Assembly (NCBI GenBank): GCA_026025075.1
Contig: JAPEUI010000026.1
Location: 124,001-179,059 of the forward strand
From: Vezdaea acicularis
Taxonomy: Eukaryota
DNA: 55,059 nt
Direction of reading: 5' to 3'
The stretch's first letter is position 1, and the number at the start of each line of letters is the position of its first letter. The notes under the pieces are model-generated. The model was not told the DNA's origin. It did no database searches and saw nothing but the letters and a program-made list of their open reading frames with translations. The position numbers and the translations under genes were made by a program. This document shows, piece by piece, positions 46,201-55,059 of this stretch.

Positions 46201-49200
46201 TTTTATTCAGTAATGCCCGGTTATCATTCTCTGATGCAGTCAATCTTCCTTTCAGAGTGACTAGCTCGCGTTCAATCCGCTCTTTATGCTGATCATGATT
46301 TATCCGGTAAGTATCCGAATCAGAGATTACTCGTGCAAGACGCTGCACCTCAGCCGCTAATCTAGAGCGCTCTGTCTCAGCCTCGACCAGCACTTTCTCT
46401 TTGGCGTCTAAATCTTTCTTTAAGCTTGCCTGCCGCTCCTGGGCCTGCCTGGCAAGATTTTGTTCAATCGCATTTTCCGCTTGAACTCTGGAATCCTCAA
46501 TTTGCGTAAATCTTTCGCGCAGCTTTCGCAGTTCTCCTTGAAACTCTTTTCGTTCCCTTTCCGCCGCCGCGCGAGACTCGGTTGCTCGTCTAAGAGTGTC
46601 TTGTTGGACATACAGCTCTTTCTCAATTGTAATCTTAGCGTCATTCAACTGCTCAAATTCCTGCTTGAGCGTTGTAAAATTGTGCTCTGCGAGCAGTTGC
46701 ACGTCGTCTCTCGATTGTCTCTCGCGACTGAGATCAGCTTGCACCTGGAACAGCTGCGACTTTAGATCTTTGATCTGCTCATCAAGCAATTTCCGACCTT
46801 GGCCGAATCTTGCATCTTCAGACATTTTGGCCTCCAAAATTTTCTTTGCGTCGGCCGCTTCACGCTCTAACTGGATTTTCTGTGACTTCATTGCTTCCAT
46901 CTCTGCTTGGACCTCACGAAGCCGCGATTGGGCTTTGTCGTGCTTTGCGGATAAGGTGCTTCGCTCATTATCAAACGATTTCTGTGAAGCTTCATATTGC
47001 TTGAGATCCGCTCTGAGTATTAACAGCTCACTCTCCTTGCGACGAACCATATCCTCGTAGCTTGTTGATGTCGAAGACAGCTCAGCCAGTTGCTGTCGGA
47101 CTTGCCGATTGTCTTCCAGGAGCTGTTGAACTTCTTTCTTCGCGAAGCCGAGTTCTTTCACTGTGCTAGCAAGCTTGGAGTCAAGATCTTGGTCAGTCCT
47201 CAGCAGCTTGGTTTCGAGTTCTTGAACCTTTCGTTCTTTTAGCGCAAGATGACTTTTCAGCATTCTCACTTCTTGCATAAGGCCCTCATGAGCTTGACTC
47301 TTTTCTGAGCGGTTCCGCTCAATTTCGCGTAGCTCATGGTCCAGCTGATTGCATTTCTCTTGGAGCTCCCTCTTCTCCTCCTCAAGTTTTCGAACTATCT
47401 GTCCTGCTTGCTCAAGCTGCGCCCTGTATATTTCAGATTGGCCCTCAGCTTTCTTCTTGGCGTTCATGAGGCCGTCTAGCTGATCCTCAAGAGCCTCTTG
47501 ATCCTCTATTGCTCCTGCCAACTTCTCGCTGAGCTCTGCCTCTCGATGCTGTAGACGTTTGAAGATCTCTTCTTTGTCTAATGCGAGAGCCCGCTCGCTC
47601 TCCAATGTTTGCTGCACACGCTGAACTTCGAAATCTGCTCGTCTCCGATCATCTTCGACTTTCTGGCGTTCCAATGCATCTTGCTCCATCTTCACGCGCA
47701 GCTTCTCAATCATTTCATCTCTCTTCTTGACTTCGCCCGACGTTCTCGTAGCTCCAAGCATTGGCTTCATCTTGACGAACAATACCCACCATGGATTATC
47801 GCATAATTCCAGGTAAACTTGCAAGTTTCGCTGAATGATCCGTGTAGCTTCAGCACGATACAACCTCTTGTTGGCGATCCGCCGCTGTGTGAATCCTCTA
47901 GCAGCAGACTGAAATTGGGACATGATCTGGCATATAAGGGCGTCCCGTTGTTCTTCCAAGTCTGCAAGCACGCCAGCACGAAAGAATACTTTGGTCAGTC
48001 CTACTCGATACAGGGATCTGTCCAGATCAAGCTTCTGAACCATAGCCTGTACGATCTGCTGATTCTCAAGCATTCCCTTAGGCATGTTACGGCAGAGAAC
48101 TTCATAGCGTTGTCTAAACTCGCTGAACGGGAGGCGGTTCGGAAATCCAGTTCGCGCTATCCGAATGCCTTCGAGCACACCATTGCATCGAAGCTGATCT
48201 AGTACTAGGGGAGCACTAAATTGTTTCGGCCTCTTCTTGTGGTTCGGTATTATACAGCGTACGAAATGTGGATGTGTAGAGTGGAGCTCGTTCATCAGGC
48301 TCATGAGTTGCTCTTTGTGCCGTTGAGCGACCGTACGGAATAGACCCTTCTTAACCCGACTTCTTGTTCCTCCAGAATCGTCATCTGTGTCGGCGCAGTC
48401 TGCGAAAAGACTCGCGATATGCTTGTCATCTGAGTTGGACAACAGCCGGGTGATGTTATCGTTAAGGGGATCCTTGTTTTTCTCTAACCATCCTTCTGTA
48501 GAGTATTCTACTGCAGCGGCATAATGAGTGAGAATAAACCCTTGCGCAAGACGAGACGGCCGATATTTGGGGGACTTTCGATCCCATAAATCATGCAATT
48601 TTTCTGTGAATGATTTGTCTGTGGCCTTTGGCATCACTGAGTCCTCATCCAGACATGAGAAGATGCCAATAGGGTTTGGTAACTCGATAAGGTCAATTGT
48701 AGGTTGTAGGTCTCGACCGAAGTCGATAAAATTCCATTCAATCTGTTCGCGCGCATACTCTTCCTGCTCAAGAACAAACATGTGATGATTGAAGAATTGC
48801 TGCAGCTTTTCGTTGGTGTAGTTTATGCAGAGCTGCTCGAAGCTGTTCTCATCGAATATCTCGAAACCGGCTATGTCGAGCACCCCGATGAAATGGGAGT
48901 CATCCGCACCCATACCAGAACGGTCGAGTTGTCGATTGATACGGCTAACAAGATCACCGAAGCTTCGTTCATAAATACCCTTCGATAGAGCATCTATGCC
49001 TAGTCGCACCTGTTCTGGGGTTTGTACCTTCTCTACCCATTCCCTTCCTGCTTTGACACGTGGGTGAAGAAGGCTTTGGATGAAGATATCAACATTAATG
49101 CCCAGTAATCGGCATACTAGAGCTGCTTGAGCCTCAGCCTCGGGACTTAATCGAGCTTGATCTGCTCGGACACTCTCTCTTAAGACTGAAATATTCCCTA

Positions 49201-50152
49201 GATGGAGGACAGCGGCAATTGTGCGCAGTATAGAATGCTGCTCCTTATCGGAAAATCCCATGATCTGGAAAGCCTCAATTAAGGCATCCCACTCATCGCG
49301 ATCAGATACTCCAGCGATTGTATCATTGCCATCTCGAGTATAGACAAAATCTTCTATATCCATTCCATCTAACCGAAATTCTTGTTTCATCGTACGGCTA
49401 GCCCCACGGAGTAATTGGTAGAAAATGTGATAATTTCTTTCGGTAGAGTTGAGCCGGACGACTCTTGACTTCTCTAGAAGGTACCAATCAATGAATGCGC
49501 CAGCTATCTTACCAGAGCGTGTGAATTCTATGCGTATAAATTTACCAAAGCGTGATGAGTTATTGTTTCGTACTGTTTGCGCGTTGCCGAAAGCTTCTAG
49601 AATGGGATTTGCACGAAGAATCTGCTGAGATAAATTCGAAAGCTGCTTTGCACCAGGCCGTGCACCAGGCACATTGTCCGACTTAGCCACCGCAGCAAGA
49701 TATTGGATCACCTTTTTAGTATTTTCGGTTTTCCCAGCCCCAGATTCCCCGCTATGACGACCTCTAAGCACGTATTCGACATTCACTTCACTAGAGAACT
49801 CACGTTACTAGTATGCTCTGATTCTCCCCTTCATCTACCAAGCTCCTGAAGGCCTCATCAGCCATAGCGTAGATGTGAGGTTTTGTATTCTGCCTCCCCC
49901 GGCCCTTGTATATATTGATGTATTCATTTGTATAGATTGGTAACGGACAGAACGGATTGACGGTTACTAAGAATAGCCCCGAATACGTCTATTATCGTAA
50001 GCATATATTCAAGATAGTAGTTTGTGACGTACATGTATCAAATCCGCTTGATACCTTGTCTGCAAGTTATGGACCACCGCTTCCTCGGTCAAATGGGTGA
50101 GGTCGGCCATGTCGTCCGCCTTGTCGTCGCGGTCCCTCACTGTTTCCGCCAT
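43289..50152 (-). CDS. Myosin class II heavy chain (~2237 aa); exons 50152-50033, 49988-49804, 49751-44385, 44330-43289
   Basis: Motifs DKADDMADLTHL, TYSGLFLVTVNP, P-loop GESGAGKT, LEAFGNAQTVRNNNSSRFGKF, LDIAGFE and QLRCNGVLEGIRIARTGFPNR. An IQ region and a long coiled-coil tail end RRVSNSKGFL. Three canonical introns. Confidence 0.97.
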
Positions 50153-50777
50153 ATTGTCGGCCGGTGCAGTGGGGCACTGAGTTCTTGAGTATGTCAATTG
50201 CGCGTGCGCGCTGTTGGCTCCCAAGAAACGCGTGCGTAGAGGTGGAAGGGAGAGAGGGCAATTGCCGATAATAGATCGTGAGGCTCTTCGCTGTGTTGTA
50301 ACACTCGGATCATCGCTTGCGTTGGCAGGGCAGCAACGCGGAGGACCCAAAAACCACTAACCTATTTGGGCTTACGGCACTTTGTGCTTTTGCTCGCGCT
50401 GAACATATCGCCCCTGCCGACTCTCATCGAAGACCTTCTTATATCGACTCAACTCTGGCAAGATTACGATTCTTTTGACACTTTTCTAGCGTGCTCGCAC
50501 ACAACTGCAGAGTAGTAAAAATGGACCATCGGAAGCTGTGAACAGTGTCTCGAATTCCGATCGAGTATTTAAAGCGCAGAAAGACCAACGCGACTTTGCG
50601 TCGCAAGCCACGCCTCTCCCATAGAAGACCATCTCTCCATCCCCTGCCCCATTCGTGCCTTCCGATATCATCATGATTGATATGATTTCCTTTGAGTGCC
50701 TTTCATTTGTCACTACGAGCTACTAAAACACAGCACGATCTGGCTCTTGACGTGGGTATCGCCGCAAGGCCTCAGCC
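50153..50777. promoter_or_regulatory. Divergent promoter region between myosin II and the Red1-like gene
   Basis: Head-to-head ATGs lie 625 bp apart. Confidence 0.5.
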
Positions 50778-53700
50778 ATGTCGAGTTATCCAGCCACTCC
50801 CTCATTTGGGCTTCCGTTCGATATTAAAAAGCCTCCAACGTCATGTCCTTTGCACGAGTCAGCGGGTAGATACCGGCTTAAAGATGCGCATACGTCAAAG
50901 ACGTCGCAACATCGCAACTCCTCCATGCACCAGTCTGCCGCTGCATTCGAGCAAAACGTACAAGTTTCCTTGCTTCACGCGCCAATTTTACCTTCCGAGC
51001 AATATTCATCGACCCGAGCACCTCATGATTATAGCATTCAGCCGCCTATTGATCCAAGAATAAACTTCGGTGGCTTCTCATCACCGATTCCGTCGAAAGT
51101 AGCCGATAGCTATGTTGAAAGGCCTCGGCAGGCTCAAGAGCTCCACCCAGCCTTGGCTGGAAAGTCTGTCCATGAAGCTCGAACACTCGCTAAAAGTGCA
51201 GTTGATGACTTGACAAAGCACTCCATCAAGCTTGATATGCTTAGCCGCGAATTGGGCCAGGAACTTTCACTAAAAGACCTCTTTCTAGATCCTGTCGCAC
51301 CTCTTTACTCCAGTTCGACTGATCAGCTAGTGGATTCCTCAAGCTTCCCACAATCTCCAACAAAAGCGAGTTTCACCAATCCGCTGGTCACTGCCTCGAC
51401 CACCAACACCAAGACTCCAGAAGTAAAAGCTTCTCCAAAAAGTACTCAACAGGAATTATCGACGAGGATGGGAAATATCCTTTCCAAGCCGGTAGCGTCT
51501 ACCGGTGATTCTCGCTCAAATAAAGTCACCATTCCTGTACCCGCACAGGAGAGTGATGGGAAAGCTGCTCAGACCGTCCCACCACTGAATCACATTTCAG
51601 TAACTCCTTCAGCTGTAGCGAACAGTACCGAGGACCGAAAAGCAAAGATTGCAAGACTCTTTGCTGAAAAAACGGGGAAGCAAGTTACAATAGCTAAGGC
51701 ATTGAATGCCGATGTTCCTAGCAAAGTGACCACGAATACTTCTCTCAAGATGACCGACCATAGTAACACCAAACGCACAACGACGCCTACAGTTCCGGTT
51801 TCTCGATTGGAGGCGAAGCCTGATCTTCAATCTATTGAGGTCATCCACGCTCCTGGTAGCTTTGCGGCGAGACCAAATGAGGATCTCAATGGCATGCGTT
51901 CAAACGTAGCTACGCTGACACCTCAGCCAGCACAGATTCTGTCGGCGCCAAGCCAACGCGAAAGTTCACCAGATTTACCCATCCCAATCCCTGGTCTTTT
52001 TATGACCTCCCCAGCTCCCCGAATCGAACTATCATCTCAGGTACAGCAATTTGGAATGCCACATCCTTCACAGCTGCAGACTCGAAAGCGGCCGGTTGCA
52101 GCCGACTTCAATGAAGGACCCTCTTCAAGTATGCGCTCGCACAAAAAACCTTTCGGCCAAGGAAGAAATGACACGTTGGTCATCGATGTAAGCGACGAGG
52201 ACACTTCTGAGAGCGATGGAGAAGGTGTCGATGGTGCGACTGTGCTTGATAGGCCACAGTCAGCGTCCCATGGGACTAAACATGATACAGACAAGAACAA
52301 ATCACCACTAATCAGACGCAATGGTATTCGGGATTTCCCACCTTTGACCGATTCCTCAGCACGCAGTAAAGTTGTTGGCAGAACCGTTCCAATGTCTCCG
52401 CGGCCTACCTCGGATACACCCCCTATAACGCTTACAGGACTTCTCAAATCTCAGCTGGATCAGAAGCGACAGGAGGAGGTGAAAGAAAAACTGGCAAAGA
52501 TTGCCGAAATGAAGCGAAAGATCGCGGAGATGGAAGCGAGAAAAGCTCGGGCAAGGGAAAGTGGCCACCCTACCCCAATTGCAACTCCAGCACAGCTTAG
52601 GAGTCAGGAAAGCACACCTCCGAGACTAGTTGGTAGTACGATTGCTCCAGTGACAAATACGCCGGTGTCTTCCGATCTAGCGCATCCCAGCGACACGAAT
52701 AGTCCACGACCTGCGAGCCCCAGAGCTAGTATAACAGCCACTCCAGAGCTTCTTGTAGACGCTGAACGGCAGAAGCGACGCGAGGAACTAAGGTCTCGAC
52801 TCTCAAGTTTTAAATCTCTAGCCGACGAAGCTGAGCGGAAAGCCAGGGAGCATCAACTGGAGCAGCGGCGATGGGAAGCGGTTCACCAGGAGAATTTGAT
52901 GGCTAGAGAGAAACTCGTAGAAGAGTTGAAAAGTCTTGGACTTCCGATCAATGAGGACAACATCGCAGAGCTCCAGATCGAGAAGAAGAAAACGGAGCTC
53001 TCTGACCTTAAAATTGAGGTCGCAGAGACTCAGCAAGGTAAGTCACCAAGGTCAGCTCAACGCCTAGCCATCCCAATCCCTTTGATCTCGTTTCCTTTAC
53101 CCTTAACCTTCCATCTTGCCCATATTCAAACGTGAATTCATGACAACATGTTTAAGGAGGTGTGTCCAACTCATTTTTTCAGCTATGAATATAGATGTTT
53201 CCGAACAGCCCGATCCAAATCCTCGGCGTGAAGAGCCTATTCTGGAGCCAGCCTTGGAATCAGTCGGGGCGAAAGGTGCAGAGAAGTCTCCATATTCTTC
53301 CCAGAAAGTCCTAAATGGTCACACTCCGTCCCTTTTTGGGAACGGCCCCAAGGACGAGGACAATCGTGAGGAGCAGCCTTTCGACGAGCAGTCAGAGCAG
53401 TCGGAGGCGGGCGATACCATGGATCTCACAGGTTCTATTACGGCTGACATTCGAATGTCTTCGGTACCTACCACATCGGGTTCGCCATTCCTCTCCGACG
53501 TTGTCAATTCCGATATCAATGGGCAAGGAGCTACTCATTCAGTACTCTTGAATCGTCTCAGGACACCGGATCAAACTCCAAAGTCCTCAAGCGGAAGCTT
53601 CAATGGCGATAGTCAGTCTCAAAACAAAGAGGATGGCGAGCTTGATAATGAAGGGCATTCTTACGATACAGATTCTTCATATGAACCACCTAGCGTCCAT

Positions 53701-54508
53701 TCTCCGGCTCCAAACTCAAAGCATCCGAGCGTAAAAACTAAGTTACTCGAATATAATGAGGACCATGCAAGCACCGATGGCAATTCAATTAATGTAGATC
53801 CTATTGTACCAAACCCTAACATCATTAGCACACTTCGTGGTATTCAACCTATTCAAGCTATGGCAAAGGCGAATTATAGTTCGCAGACGGTACGTAGGTG
53901 CCTTTGCAGATCCATATCATATACTGACGTAGGGGCTAGGCGGCTGGCACAGATGACCCATTTCATCCATTTCAACGTTATGAAAGCCCCTTGAGGCAAT
54001 TACGCGCTTACCGCAACCATCCCAACTTTCTAACTGATGTTGTAGGAGGGTTTCAATCGCTGACTTTCATCAATGATATCAAGCCTTCGGCTGAGTTATG
54101 CCGTTTTGAGACTAGTGGTGGTGTTTGTAATGATCTCAACTGCTCGAGTCAACATTTCCGCCAAATGACTTTAAGTCCTGAGAGTGGTGCGTTAATGGGA
54201 TTGCTCTCTTCAGGCTGAGCCAGTCTTATTGCTCTTTAACTTTTGTTCTCCCCTTTTACCTTTCTACGTCCCCCTACTAACAGGAACTCTAACCATTTCT
54301 AGGAGACAAAATCCTTCTAGACCTAACAAAGGACATTGAAGGTCAATCGCCAGAAAAAATGGCAGAGTTTAAAGAGGGTGCGAAGCGTCTAATAAGTAAT
54401 TTGCAGACCAAGCAACAGCCCTTTCCCATCGTTGCAAAGGAACTCACTGCGTATCGACGAAGATATGTCAACGACCATACGAAACTGCTAATGTCCGCTT
54501 TGAAGTAG
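50778..54508 (+). CDS. Red1/ZFC3H1-like zf-C3H1 protein (MTREC/NURS exosome adaptor); exons 50778-53037, 53183-53889, 53940-54186, 54303-54508
   Basis: Motifs MSSYPATPSFG, RKRPVAADF, LVIDVSDE, coiled coil EMKRKIAEMEARK, YESPLRQLRAYRNHPNF, finger LCRFETSGGVCNDLNCSSQHF and terminal DKILLDL...IVAKELTAYRRR. Three canonical introns keep frame. Confidence 0.85.
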
Positions 54509-55059
54509 CACAAGTTGAAGCCATCCCACGAAGGCAGTGAACTTCTCCACGCACATCGTCAGAAGAACAAAGTAGGCTCATAGATCGCGAATAGCGATGT
54601 GTGTTCGTATTTCTGTCTTCCTCTACCCTTTCTGCCTTGCTGGCGACTTTGGTCCCGTAAATGCATCTGCATGGCACTCTCTAGGGCTTGATGCATCAAT
54701 GGCGCTGGGATACATTCTGCATGCATTACAATACCCCGGTTTTAGAATTCTAGAAGGCTTCTCCTGAAAGAGCATGGACGATAGGGGTACCGAAATGGTA
54801 TTCATGTCGGGAATGTCGAAGCGTAGTGGTCTCGTAATTAGATAATATCTTCTGGCTGTACTATCAGAGTAAAATAATTTCCATTGAATTGTTGTCTAAT
54901 GCGCCTTGCTCGTGACAGAATGCTAGGATGAGTCCACCCTAGGCATGCGGTAGCCACTAAGCGAACCCCTTCAACTAAAGGTGGGTGTAGTGCCTATTGC
55001 CACCTATTCGGAAAGGCACGAAGCCATCTGCTACCGGTAACTAGAGAGGCTAGCTGCGC

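Noticed and set aside
1..55059. tRNA, rRNA, CRISPR arrays, transposase or reverse-transcriptase remnants
   Set aside because: No T-loop/cloverleaf, repeat-spacer array or transposon protein motif was seen by eye. Highly degenerate relics cannot be excluded.

Overview
Eukaryotic DNA from a filamentous ascomycete (Pezizomycotina). The evidence is short GT-AG introns with CTRAC/CTAAY branch sites and family-typical fungal proteins; a lichen-type lineage is only a guess. I reconstructed 16 protein-coding genes by hand, 13 of them spliced. Conserved genes: a DUF1752/AreA-N-like protein, a Ppn2-like metallophosphoesterase, the GBF/Gea ARF-GEF, a small conserved protein missed by the ORF track, SYF1, VMA8, U1A, ANP1, MTR3, a Myb-like protein, a conserved hypothetical protein, a Cti6-like PHD protein, myosin II and a Red1-like zf-C3H1 protein. 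Three intronless orphan-like ORFs sit among them. I found no tRNA, rRNA, CRISPR array or intact transposon. Best leads: (1) two divergent secreted proteins 7 kb apart share the same 8-Cys framework, a candidate undescribed effector-like family; (2) the myosin II appears to lack the N-terminal SH3-like region; (3) a structured RNA candidate follows a TTAGGG cluster in the ANP1-MTR3 gap; (4) a perfect 24-bp palindrome; (5) a 93-nt duplication that includes a stop codon; (6) a GC-rich, skew-switching left third. Family assignments come from recalled motifs, not database searches.
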